Source of the DNA: Chrysemys picta bellii
Lineage: Eukaryota
Direction of reading: 5' to 3'
Length of the DNA stretch: 64,000 nucleotides
Assembly: GCF_011386835.1 (NCBI RefSeq)
Contig: NC_088799.1
Coordinates: 23,312,001 to 23,376,000 of the forward strand
Shown here: in pieces, positions 39,114 to 50,295 of the stretch
Layout: each line of letters opens with the position of its first letter
Numbering within the stretch: the first letter of the stretch is position 1
Notes under the pieces: model-generated
What the model saw: only the letters and a program-made list of their open reading frames with translations
The model's database searches: none
What the model was told of the DNA's origin: nothing
Program-made: the position numbers and the translations under genes

Positions 39114-39459
39114 CAGCGGTTCTCAAACTATGGGTCAGGACCCCAAAGTGTGTCACAACCCCATTTTAATGGGTTTCCCAGGTCTGCCTTAGACTTGGCT
39201 TGGGCCCAGGGCCAAAGCCCAAGGGCTTCAGCCCTGGGCAGCAGGGCTAAGTTTACAGGCCCCCTGCCTGGGGCTGAAACCCTGGGACTTCAGCTTTGGC
39301 ACCCCATCCGGGGGCAGTGGGGCTTTGGCTTTGCCCTTCCTTCCCCCCCAGGGTGGCGGGGCTTAGGCGGGCTCAGGCTTTGGTCCCTCCTTCTGGGGTC
39401 CTGTAGTAATGTTTGTTGTCAGAAGGGGGTCGCGGTGCAATGAACTTTGAGAACCCCTG
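39114..39459. mobile_element. hAT (Charlie-type) MITE
   Basis: TIRs cagcggttctcaaact / actttgagaacccctg. Target duplication cattagtc / tattaatc (6 of 8; both differences are transitions). Confidence 0.85.
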
Positions 39460-41559
39460 TATTAATCAATGCTCAAATTGTGCTGGGATATGAGAGGGCC
39501 TCTCCCCCATCTGTTGCCCCTTGACTCCTCCACCCCACCCCGCAGACTCTTCTCCCCAGCGCAGAACTCCTACATGGAACAGGGCTGGGTCTTCACCCCC
39601 ACTCATGCCCCAGGTCTCTTGTTGTGACAGCTCCTGTTATCTGCTTCCTTTCCCCATGGTAGGTCCCCAAATCCTCAATCCCCATTCCCACAATCTTTGA
39701 CCCATCTCTTATCCTAGCCCCTCGCTGAGACCTGTTGCCCGGCCTCAACATTTCACTGATGGATCCCAGGCTCTGAGGTGCATCTCTGGAGAAAGGTCTC
39801 TTCATCCAGGCAGGAAGCAAAAGGTGCTGCCTGGTGCCCTGGTCAGTTGCTTGGTGAAGACTGGTTCAAACCACCCAGGTGAAATCCCAACCTGACCATT
39901 CCTCCTCTGGTGACGGGGCGGGGAGAGAGACTGGGCAAGCTCAGATGAGAGTGGGCTGTGGGAGGTCAAGAACCAGGGAACCTACAAGGGGGAAGCAAAA
40001 CAGAGAATGGCAATGGTCACCACATGGGATCCAGGGATGAGGGGGGCAAAGACCCAACTCTGCAGTAGGGAGAGGAATGTGGGGGATGAGTTACAATGGA
40101 AGGAGGGGACAGAGAGGGGTTTGACACAGGGGTAGGCAAGAGTAGAGCAGAGGAGCTATGGGGTATTGAATAGGTGCAGAAGGCTGAAGGGAGGCAGCTT
40201 AAAGGCGGGGTGAAAAGTAGAAATGGTATAAGGGGTAACGGCAGGTAGAAGAGATGCTGTGATGGGTGCAAAAGGGGAGTTATGAGTAAGGGAGGAGGCA
40301 GGGGCATAAATTGGGGATTAACTGGTAAGGGAGGAGGAGGCAATTAGTGGTAGTGGAGGATGCATAGCAGAAGGCAAGAGGTAGGTGAGTAGATAACTGA
40401 TCAAAGCAAAGTAATGAACTGCTCATGTACAGCCTACTGTCAGTCATTAACAGTTTGTTAGTTCACTTTGATCTAGTCCCATTACAAAGAAGATTATATC
40501 AAAGCTAACTAACGAACTGTTAATGCACGGCAGCAGGGCCCATATAAATGGTTCTGTACAGTGGTGAGCTTTCACAATGGAGCTGAAAATGGCAAAATTC
40601 ACAGGTTCTCTGACGAGCTGTGACCACGGTGACAGAATTACATCCCTACAAATAAGGAACCAAATGGATCCATAAACAAGGGCAGACTACCTCCATAGAA
40701 ACACCAACATCTCCACTATTTCTTCCAGTCACTTCTCCTAATTTATCCACATAACCACAATCTATTCTGGTTGATTGAGGTACAGTCAGCTGACCTTCAT
40801 CCAAGCCCTAAACCCAGCAAGACACTGTGTCAACCAATGAACTACAAACAGCTGGATCCAATGAAATACAGACATGTAGAACTGTGTGTGTTCTCTGCCT
40901 ACTGGAGACATCACAACCCATATTACCTCAACCTCTTTTTCTCTCAATGACATCACGTAGGCTTAAAAGAAGTGAGCACAAGAACAGAATCTTGGTAATA
41001 TACAAGGGTCCTATGGCCTGATAAGCCATTACCAAATACTGTGTTCTGCAAGAGAAGAGAGTCTGGCATCTATCTTTGCCTGGGTTCACAATTGTTTCAT
41101 CTAAACTTCATGGTTAATAATATCAAAGACAGCTGGAAAAAAAAATAATTAACAGGAACAAATGATTTTCATCATTTGCCAACAACAGATCCACTGGTGA
41201 CTGAACCAGTACAGTCTCACTATCATGTTTATATGCATTTACAGAGCACCGATCAGGATATCCATTTATTACTGCACAAAAATTAAAAAATATAGCAAAG
41301 ACTGCTTAGTGGACAGTCAGTAGAACTTTTAAATTAGAGTTAGTCCTATTTGAAGAGCTGTTGCTTTTGAACATGCTATTTAGTTTCCTTCCATCCTGGT
41401 TCTCTGAAGAATGCTATGGTGAAGGTGTGTCTTACACAATTATCAACTTCTACCTGTACTTTATCAACTTCTATCCTCTGCTCTTTACTAGCATACAGAG
41501 TATCTCCTTTAATAAATCCTCCTCTAATGGATAATGTCTGTTGGAATATGCTTCCATGT

Positions 41560-41965
41560 ACCTGTCGACTTTCCCCCAGCCCTTAGTTTAAAAACTCTTC
41601 TACAACCTTTTTAATTTTATATGCCAGCAATCTGGTTCTGTTTTGGTTAAGGTGGAGCCCATCCTTTCTGTATAGGCTCCTCCTTTCCCAAAAGGTTCCT
41701 CAGTTCTTAATAAACTTAAATCCTTCCTCCCAACTCTATTGTCTAATCCACACATAGAGACCATGCAGTTCTGCCTGTCTAACTGGCTGTGCACATGGAA
41801 CTGAAAGCATTTCAGAGAACTCTACCATCCAGGACTTTAATCTCTTACCTAACAGCCTATATTTGGCCTCCAGGACCTCTCCCCAACCTTTCCTACTCCT
41901 CTTATTGACCGCTGCTATTCGATTTTTAAGGGTCATGCTCGATTCATCCCTGACCCTGAGGTGTA
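41560..41965 (-). mobile_element. CR1 LINE ORF1 (SGNH esterase-like) fragment
   Basis: Reads EVLEAKYRLLGKRLKSWMVEFSEMLSVP and, after a frameshift, WGTFWERRSLYRKDGLHLNQ, typical of the CR1 ORF1 esterase C-terminus. Confidence 0.75.
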
Positions 41966-41969
41966 ATAC

Positions 41970-42210
41970 CATCTTAACTGTCAGGTGTAAATGCCCTAAA
42001 CAGAGAGTGAGGCAAAAGTGATAGCCAGATCCTCAAAGCAAACACTTTGGTCTTTTCTGGATTCAATTTAAGTAAGCTGGTCTTCATCCAGACTCCAATC
42101 TCCCTCAAGCTCTGTTTTATCTGTGAGATATCCGTGTCTGCACTAGACGAAAGAGATTCATAAAGCTGCATATCAGCAGCATATTTTTGGCATTGAAGCC
42201 CATGTCATCT
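41970..42210 (-). mobile_element. L2-type RT fragment
   Basis: A decayed YADD-type motif followed by MQLYESL...EIGVWMKTSLLKLNPEKTKV, the usual L2/CR1-clade sequence after YADD. Confidence 0.7.
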
Positions 42211-43249
42211 TACTATGTCCCCTAAGGGCTCTATGTAGATGCTAAGGAAGAGAAAAAAGAACTAGGCCTAAAGGATTCCACATGTCTAGGCTTATGGGGA
42301 AATGCGGAACTTGCCCATAATTATTTATGACTGATTAGAAAAGAATAAAACTAGACAAGTGCACTTGTTTATTCATGTCATAAAATGTTAAGTGATTCAG
42401 CAGCAACTTCTGATCAATTATGTCAAATGTAGCAGTACAAGTTGAGTGTTCTTCGACTAGTCTCACCTTCATCATCTAAAATTTGGCTTCATCGGTGCAA
42501 CAAGCACAATCTTGGTTCCCTGACCATCTGAAACCAGATTAAGAGGCATCCAGGATTTCTGAGGAGATTAGGTGCTGCTGGAGTAGTTCGATACCACCTT
42601 CTTGGTCGTCATGCCCAGCAAGGAGAGGTTTTACATCAAGCAGAAACTAGCAGAGGTATTGGCATGAAGTGTTTGTTTCTTGAGGACAGACTAAACTATT
42701 GAATGTTCTCCCCACATCACAAAAGGATAAAAATTATAGTAGAAAACTAACCTTTAAAATAAGTGTAAATATTAATTGTAAAACTCATCTCAAACCTTGC
42801 CATTTTAAAAGTCTACTTTCCTCCATCACACTCTTGGTTGGTTAGATTCACTTTGTTTTAAGCTAGCAGCACAAAGACACATAGTTGTGTATGACTGGCT
42901 GAATGAAATTATGCTGAAATCAGTGCATAAACTATTAGACCGCTCCAAAAAAAAAAAAAATCTGAATTTAAAATTCTGATGGGGTCTGATAGCAGGTGAT
43001 TGTTTAAACAGAAAAGTTACTTTAAACTTACAAACATCACTGCTGTGAATGTAACTAAGCAGAAAAACAACAGTATCGTGCAAGACTCAGATAATTTTGC
43101 TAGGAAAGCCCAAAACAGGTGTTTGACAGATTTTGTATGACAGTTACCCAGAACATGCACTGTGTTCAAATATTCTTAGCCTTGCTGCATAACTGAAGCT
43201 GCCCCACCTACAGACAAAAGTAACACTGAGTAAAGTATTATAAATTCAC

Positions 43250-43437
43250 CTTTTTTCATAAGAATGTGAACGGGACTGGAGCTCTCGAGACCGTGATCTT
43301 GACCTTGACTTCCTTCCTGATTTCTTACGGCTGTATGTTCTACTGTCTGAAGAACTACTTGAAGATGAACGTCTACGGTGTTTCTTTTTTCTTTTGTTTC
43401 TATTTTCTTCTTCAGTATCTGATGAACGACGTCCCAT
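43250..43437 (-). CDS. RSRC1: RSRC1 first coding exon (gene exon 2), arginine/serine-rich coiled-coil protein 1
   Basis: [63 protein letters not shown] matches the RSRC1 N-terminus. Donor AAG|gtgaat; probable acceptor tttttaaatag| puts the exon start at 43446 (9 nt of UTR). Confidence 0.96.
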
Positions 43438-45292
43438 TTTTACAAGCTATTTAAAAACAGCAAAAAAAGTTATAAAATTCAGGATTGCAGTGTGCATTTA
43501 TTTTTATAAGTGCTAGATAGATGCCTGTAAGTAATACTGTATCTTGTACAAGTTACTACACGGTGGTGGTGGGCAGCGGGAGAAGGGAAAAAAACTACCC
43601 CTTTAAGTTCCTAGTTGCCTAGCCAGTTTGCACAACAGAGATCAGCAGCCTTATGTTTGTAAATCAACACATTAAAATGAGTTATTTTATCAGCATTTTA
43701 GATTTAAAACGCATTATGGTATTAAATTTGTTACAAACTACAAAGTACCTTTAAAAGCCAATTAATCCCAGTCAAAAAGTTCTGGTATAAACCAGACTGT
43801 TGCATTTTATCTTTAATATGTTTCTAGTTTTTCAGTACCCATTGTGTTAGGGTATAAGCTGTTAGGATACATACATGTACATCTCTAAAACCAGAGACCT
43901 TGTTTGAAGAACATTCTTAGCTAACACTGTACTATTGTTTACTTGTTTAATTTACATTTCTGCAAAGGAGGATATAGTTATGCAACTTTATGGTCTGAAT
44001 AATGCCTATCAATTTCTAGCAATGTAATTACTTTCTGTTGTTCATGTAAGTATTTGTTGACTGTATATTCAAGTCACTAGCATTCCTATTGTCATAATGA
44101 AAAGAAAGTTCCTCTGGAAATAATAAGTTATATTATTAGAGGATGGAAGCTCTTTTATAGTTAGCCTGATTGAGGTGTTCACTTCAAAACCACACAACTT
44201 TAAATGGTTTTACTCCAAACCAGAGCCATAAATATTAAACTTTAGACATGTTTCTTGATCCCCAAGGTGTTTACTTGGATAAAGTTTCACATTTATACAT
44301 TTGGATAAGGCTGTAAAAAACTGCCATTCATTTAACTGCTGGGGAGACAATCATCTTTTCTTAGTTTGGAATTCATAAGAAATACATTTTTATTGCTGTC
44401 ACTTCATAATTAAAGAAATATTATGCCTATAGAATTTTTCAGGCTGTAAAAATGGATAATGCTTTAAATCCTTTTTTGTTCCCATCCACCCAAGATACTA
44501 AGATTTCCCTCCTCAGACTACTGGCACTTAACATGAGGCCTCCGTCCCAAGAATGAGCAATTATTTGGGGGCTCTCTAGCTACATCTACATTAGGAAATT
44601 TGGATCCATAATTCTCCATTAATAGCAATGGTGGAAGCTGTAGAGTAGAAAGGGCTGAAGCATTTTTAGTCACAATATCATCTAACCTTAACCAATAGGG
44701 AAGAATTACAGGTCCTAATTTTCCTAGTATGGCCCTTTGAATTCCACTAGTCTTTTCCTGGCCCCCAGCCTTTGCCCCTCCCCACTCCTTTCAATCACCT
44801 AAAGGGCAGAACCCTGTCTGCAGTAAAGGAGCAGAAAAATGGAACCAAAGGGAACTTCTCAATTATGGTCATTTAAAACAGTGAAGTTGTGACTCCCGGG
44901 GGAAGCCACGAGTGTTTGGGAACAAAACTGAATCAATATGCTGGTTTGGGGGGTTCCGCACCCCTAATGAAGAGACTATTAAACTAGGTTTAAAAATCAC
45001 CTGTGTCTTATCTATGGCTTTGCATCTTATGCTGCTGCTGCCTGTATTCTCTGCTCCTGCAGGGGGACTTCAGCCAAGAGACTTCCCGCTGGAGGAAGTA
45101 TTTGTCTGGAAGTCTCTCAGCTGAAGGCCCTCTGCTGGAGCAGAAGGCAAAGCGAGACTCCCGGTGCCAGTGGTGGCAGCAACAGCACCAGCACATAGGG
45201 AAAGGGGGCTGACAGAGACACAGATGTGTGTCAGCATTATAACTGAATGATTATCAAGTTCTAAACTACATGTAGCAAACATTTGCCTGAAG

Positions 45293-45492
45293 ATCATAGA
45301 ATCAAAGAAATTTAGGGCTGGAAGGGACCCAAGAGATCATTTAGTCCAGCCCCCTGTAATGACCCAGGACCAAGTATACCTAGACTATCCCTGACCGTTG
45401 TTTGTGTAGCCTGTTCTTAAAAACCTCCAAGAACGGGATTCCACAACCTCCCTTGGAAGCTAGTTCCGGGGCTTAACTACCCTATAGTTAGG
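45293..45492 (-). mobile_element. CR1 LINE 3'-end fragment
   Basis: atcatagaatcaaagaaatttagggctggaagggaccc...ttaaaaacctcc...ttccacaacctccct is the reverse complement of a CR1 ORF2 end and 3' UTR. Confidence 0.85.
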
Positions 45493-45679
45493 TGCAATAG
45501 TTAAAGAACTTTTATTTTGCAAAGAAATCCCAACTCAAGCTGATGAGAAAATAATCAAGATCCTTGATAACGTCACAGTGGATGAAGGTCTTAACCAGGC
45601 TATGCGTAGGGGGCTGTGCACAGATGGGGCAGAAACCAGCAATGACCAGAAAGAACAGTGGGGTTGCAGAACAAGCAAG

Positions 45680-45841
45680 CAGTGCTTAATTTGTATAAGG
45701 ACTTGCCAGGGCTGAACCCCAGCACCTCTAGACTTGGCAGTTCATAGCCCCAGCATCTCTGCCTGCATCAGTTACACGTCACTCAGCTGCCAGAGGAACA
45801 GCCAGAACCCCAGCACCTCTTTCATTACGAATTAAGTACTG
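45680..45841. mobile_element. Small TIR element (hAT-like MITE)
   Basis: Ends cagtgcttaatttgt / acgaattaagtactg (13 of 15 match). It interrupts the hAT fossil between the CTDGA and HxxH motifs; no clean target duplication was found. Confidence 0.55.
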
Positions 45842-46234
45842 AGTATAAGTAAATAAAGTGGCACCCGCTACAATTTGGACACACTACATGATCCATCACA
45901 AAGCTGCAACCTAAAGTACATTAAGCCCCCAACATTGTTATTAAAATGGTTAATTTTATAATATCCCAAACAGTGAAAACACAGTGTTTAAGTATGCTGT
46001 AAGAAAGGATGGACTCTGACCACACTTACCTTCTATTTCACAGTGAAGTCAGATGCACTGTACCACTTTTCCACATGACAACTATCTTTGAATGGTGTGA
46101 CGCAATCCAAATTTTCCTCCTTGGGAAAACAGACCTTGCAGACTACATGCATAACATGGACTTTTTGCCTACATTAGTTTACAGGGTGGATGTATTTGAC
46201 AAATGGAATGCACTATACCTACCATATCAAGGTA

Positions 46235-47622
46235 TCAATTTTAAAAAAGGGAAGAAGGAGGATCCAGGGAACTACAGGCCAGTCAGCCTCACCTCAGTCC
46301 CTGGAAAAATCATGGAGCAGGTCCTCAAGGAATCAAATATGAAACACTTAGAGGAGAGGAAAGTGATCAGGAACAGTCAGCATGGATTCACCAAGGGGAA
46401 GTCGTGTCTGACTAACCTAATTGCCTTCTATGATGAGATAACTGGGTCTGTGGATGAGGGGAAAGCAGTGGATGTGTTATTCCTTGACTTTAGCAAAGCT
46501 TTTGATACGGTCTCCCACAGTATTCTTGCTGCCAAGTTAAAGAAGTATGGGCTGGATGAATGGACTGTAAGGTGGATAGAAAGCTGACTGGATCGTCCGG
46601 CTCAACGGGTAGTGATCAATGGCTCCATGTCTAGTTGGCAGCCGGTTTCAAGCGGAGTGCCCCAAGGGTCAGTCCTGGGGCCGGTTTTGTTTAATATCTT
46701 TATTAATGATCTGGATGATGGTGTGGACTGCACTCTCAGCAAGTTTGCAGATGACACTAAACTAGGAGGCGTGCTAGATACACTAGAGGGTAGGGATCGG
46801 ATACAGAGGGACCTAGACAAATTAGAGGATTGGGCCAAAAGAAATCTGATGAGGTTCAACAAGGACAAGTGCAGAGTCCTGCACTTAGGATGGAAGAATC
46901 CTATGCACTGTTACAGACTAGGGACCGAACGGCTAGGCAGCAGTTCTGCAGGAAAGGACCTAGGGGTCACAGTGGACGAGAAGCTGGATATGAGTCAACA
47001 GTGTGCTCTTGTTGCCAAGAAGGCTAACGGCATTTTGGGCTGTATAAGTAGGGGCATTGCCAGCAGATCAAGGAACGTGATCGTTCCCCTCTATTTGACA
47101 TTGGTGAGGCCTCGTCTAGAATACTGTGTCCAGTTTTGGGCCCCACACTACAAGAAGGATGTGGAAAAATTGGAAAGAGTCCAGCGGAGGGCAACAAAAA
47201 TGATTAGGGGGCTGGAGCACATGACTTATGAGGAGAGGCTGAGGGAACTGGGATTGTTTAGTCTCCAGAAGAGAAGAATGAGGGGGGATTTGATAGCAGC
47301 CTTCAACTACCTGAAGGGGGGTTCCAAAGAGGATGGAGCTCGGCTGTTCTCAGTGGTGGCAGATGACAGAACAAGGAGCAATGGTCTCAAGTTGCAGTGG
47401 GGGAGGTCCAGGTTGGATATTAGGAAACATTATTTCACTAGGAGGGTGGTGAAGCACTGGAATGCGTTACCTAGGGAGGTGGTGGAGTCTCCGTCCTTGG
47501 AGGTTTTTAAGGCCCTGCTTGACAAAGCCCTGGCTGGGATGATTTAGTTGGGAATTGGTCCTGCTTTGAGCAGGGGGTTGGACTAGATGACCTCTTGAGG
47601 TCCCTTCCAACCCTATGATTCT
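46235..47622 (+). mobile_element. CR1 LINE, 5'-truncated, relatively young (RT domain and 3' UTR)
   Basis: [22 protein letters not shown]...LDFSKAFD...[10 protein letters not shown]...[10 protein letters not shown]...LDKALAGMI. One in-frame TGA at 46585-46587; 3' tail ccctatgattct; 6-bp target duplication aaggta (46229-46234, 47623-47628). Confidence 0.97.
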
Positions 47623-48321
47623 AAGGTAGGAATATAAATATACTAGATATGCAAGAAAAAATTGGAGATTCATGAAACAGCTTTGCCTTTGATGAGCCCA
47701 CAATGAAAAGGGACTTGCCAAGATGTTTCCAGTGTTAGATTTTTTAAAAGAACAGAATGAAAGTTATCAAAATGCTGTTAAAGACAAAATACTCATTCAT
47801 TTGTCTGGACTGAACTCCTATTTTGATGAATACTTTCCTGGAGATGAACATGAATCTCCAGATACTGACTGGATTTGAACCTCATGCTTAACAAGAGTTG
47901 ATTCTATTCCAACCTTAAGTAACTCAGCTCATAAAAATCTCTTTGAATCTTCAAATGATCATACACTGAAGACCAAGTTTTCAAATCTAACAAACCAGTA
48001 ATTTGCAGATTTCTGTTAACAGGGAGTACAAGGAACTCAGGGATGAAGATATGAAAGTGCTGCTTCCATTTGCTGACAGTCTGGGCTTTCAGCAATGATT
48101 TCTGTGAAAACTAAATTTAGAAGTAATTTAAGCCTGGAAGATAAACTTATTTATAGTACTATCAGAAATTTAGCCAAACATTGCACAACTATGCAGTTCA
48201 AAACAGGCCCACTCTTCTCACTAAAATCTTGGGCCGTGTCCGAACATGACCAAAAAAATCCATATTTTTAAATTATAGTTTATCTAAATGGGATTAGATA
48301 AATTAAAACAGACTGTATGTA

Positions 48322-48459
48322 AAAAGCAACAGATAGTCTGACGAAGTGGGTATTCACCCACGAAAGCTTATGCTTCAATACATCTGTTAGTCTTAAAGGT
48401 GCCACAGGACTCTGTTGCTTTTTACAGATCCGGACTAACACGGCTACCCCTCTGACACT
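48322..48459 (+). mobile_element. Penelope-like mini-insertion with a short inverted 5' end
   Basis: 12-bp target duplication agactgtatgta (48310-48321, 48460-48471). It begins with inverted aaaagcaacaga and continues with the same terminal repeat as the 23.5 kb copy. Confidence 0.92.
48336..48373 (+). ncRNA. Minimal hammerhead ribozyme motif, helix I 5' strand truncated
   Basis: GT-CTGACGA-A-GTGGGT ATTC ACCCAC-GAAA-GCTT-ATGC. The core and the 6-bp helix II are intact, but only two helix I pairs remain. Confidence 0.55.
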
Positions 48460-49439
48460 AGACTGTATGTAGTTGACTAAAGTTGCAATACCATCCAAAC
48501 CCTAGTGTCCCTCATGAATGTAGCGTTCTGACTCTTGTATGTCATGTCCTGAGTCAGAAAAAGAAACAGTATTTGGTTGTGGGGAGCTACCAACTTTTAA
48601 AATATCTGTAATGGACCTGCAAGTACTAAAAGTCTGAGAGCCAAATCCTGCAAGGTGCTCAGCAACTACCAGTGGCTTCAATCTTCAACACCTTGTAGGA
48701 CTAGACCTTTAGTCAACTCACTCTTAGCAAGTCACTTTTGAAACATATGCAATTCCCAACGGTAAGCACCCACCAAAAAACAGCAGCACCTCATACTGCC
48801 AAAAAACCGTTAGATGGCAATTTCTGAAGTAAAAAATGTTACTTTGAGTGAATTATTAAAGCAATTTATTCCATACTGAATTTGACTTCTTGAGTAAGTT
48901 CAAAATAAGTACTGAAGCAATATTTTAGGATCCAATTTTTATCTCATTTAAATAAACATTACTTCATTTACAATTCTGTAGATTAAAAGTTCATGACAGC
49001 AAGATTAAGGAAATATAGCACAGGGAAGCACTGAATACAAGAGACTCATTTCTAATGAGATATTCACTACTTGATATGTATATTGTTCTGACTCATGATA
49101 TTACACTTCAACATATACATCATCCCCTGATTCACTTTTTTTTTTAAAATGCACTTTTTTAATAAAAACCTAAAATTGCATCTAGAAGTATATCAAGCTA
49201 ATGAAGCAGACTACATAAACGACTGGCAACACTATTAATTTGTAAAATCAATTATGTAGTTTCCCACTAACACATTTTTGGAGGAAAAATAAATTTTCCT
49301 GAGCTAGCTAAAAATCCAACCAAGATATGCTCTTCGATTCCGTAAAAAATGTTTTACAATGGGTGGCACCATTCTTTATTTACTGCACATTATTATTCAA
49401 AACCTGCTCTGAACGCATAATTAATAATTTCCTCATAGG

Positions 49440-49840
49440 CTTTTCTATAGCACTCATGATTATAATATCAGAGTGCTTCACAAACATTTCTGCAAGATGA
49501 CAGAATATTATCCCCACAGAGATGGAGGTCAGAAGCATCCGTTAATTCTGGGTGCCCAATTTGAGACACCAAAGGACCTATTTTTCAGAGTACTTAGCAT
49601 TACACAGCACATCATATGTTCAAAGCACAGCTCCTCTTGACATCAGTAGCAGCTGTGAGTGTTAAACACTTGTACAAATCAGACCCCAACGTCTTAAGTA
49701 AGACACCCAAAATATGAGGAACACAATTAGTGACCACCTGAGAAAAGTGATTTAAGTGACTTCCCTAAGCATCATATAGGAACTCTGTGGCACAGGAAGG
49801 GATAGAATCCAGTTCTCCAGGGCAGATTTCTACTGCCTTC
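49440..49840 (-). mobile_element. MIR-like relic split by an insertion
   Basis: gagtgcttcacaaac...attatccccacagagatg and aagtgacttccctaagcatca...gatagaatccag match the two halves of a reverse-strand MIR, with about 200 bp between them. Confidence 0.45.
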
Positions 49841-49899
49841 ACTGCGAAATCATCCTCTCTCTTCCTGCAGTCCCTGCCTTATTCACCACACATCTTCCA

Positions 49900-50295
49900 A
49901 GGCTCCTTCACGGAAGCCATGGGCACAGGTGTGTACTTAGCACAGTTCATGAACTTCCCCAACACCTGTACTTTCTGCAACATGATGGAGACCCTGACGC
50001 ACATCTACATAGAGTGCATCAGGCCACAGCCCCTCTTCTAACTTCTCCAGAACCTCTTAATGAGGCTCTGGCTGCACTTTTCCCTGCACATCCTGATCCT
50101 GGCACACCCATCCCCTCAGTCACAAGACCTCCGTGCCAACCTCCTCCTGGCATTGGCCAACGTGATCATCTGTCACTCCAGGAGGAAGAAGCTGTACGGG
50201 GATGTGCTCTGCAATTGTGGGGCCTATGTCCAGTCCCTTGTCTGTTCACACTTCCAGAAAGAATTATTCAGGACAGTGTCCACTGACTCCTTAGA
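49900..50295 (+). mobile_element. L1/Tx1-clade ORF2 C-terminal fragment with CCHC zinc knuckle
   Basis: NTCTFCNMMETLTHIYIEC (C-x2-C-x7-H-x4-C) followed by LQNLLMRLWLHFS...ANLLLALANVII, as in Tx1-type ORF2 ends. Confidence 0.7.

Larger units (their letters stand above)
45497..48224 (+). pseudogene. Ancient Buster/Charlie hAT transposase fossil split by a MITE and a CR1
   Basis: Motifs appear in the expected order: KELLFCKE...GLCTDGA (45497-45631), [43 protein letters not shown], then the CR1, then RNINILDMQEKI, HLSGLNSYFDEYFP, KVLLPFA, KTKFRS and KQAHSSH* (TAA 48222-48224). Confidence 0.8.

Noticed and set aside
39480-40380. GC-richer block with ORFs 39593-39820 and 40017-40343, vaguely integrase-like
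   Set aside because: The spacing between the putative DRG and YH motifs does not fit, and the Pro-rich ORF reflects low-complexity purine sequence. Left unassigned.
42467-42475. 9-nt microexon TTTTAG|ATGATGAAG|gtgaga in RSRC1
   Set aside because: Almost no pyrimidine tract before the AG; the 61-nt exon using the same donor has the better acceptor.
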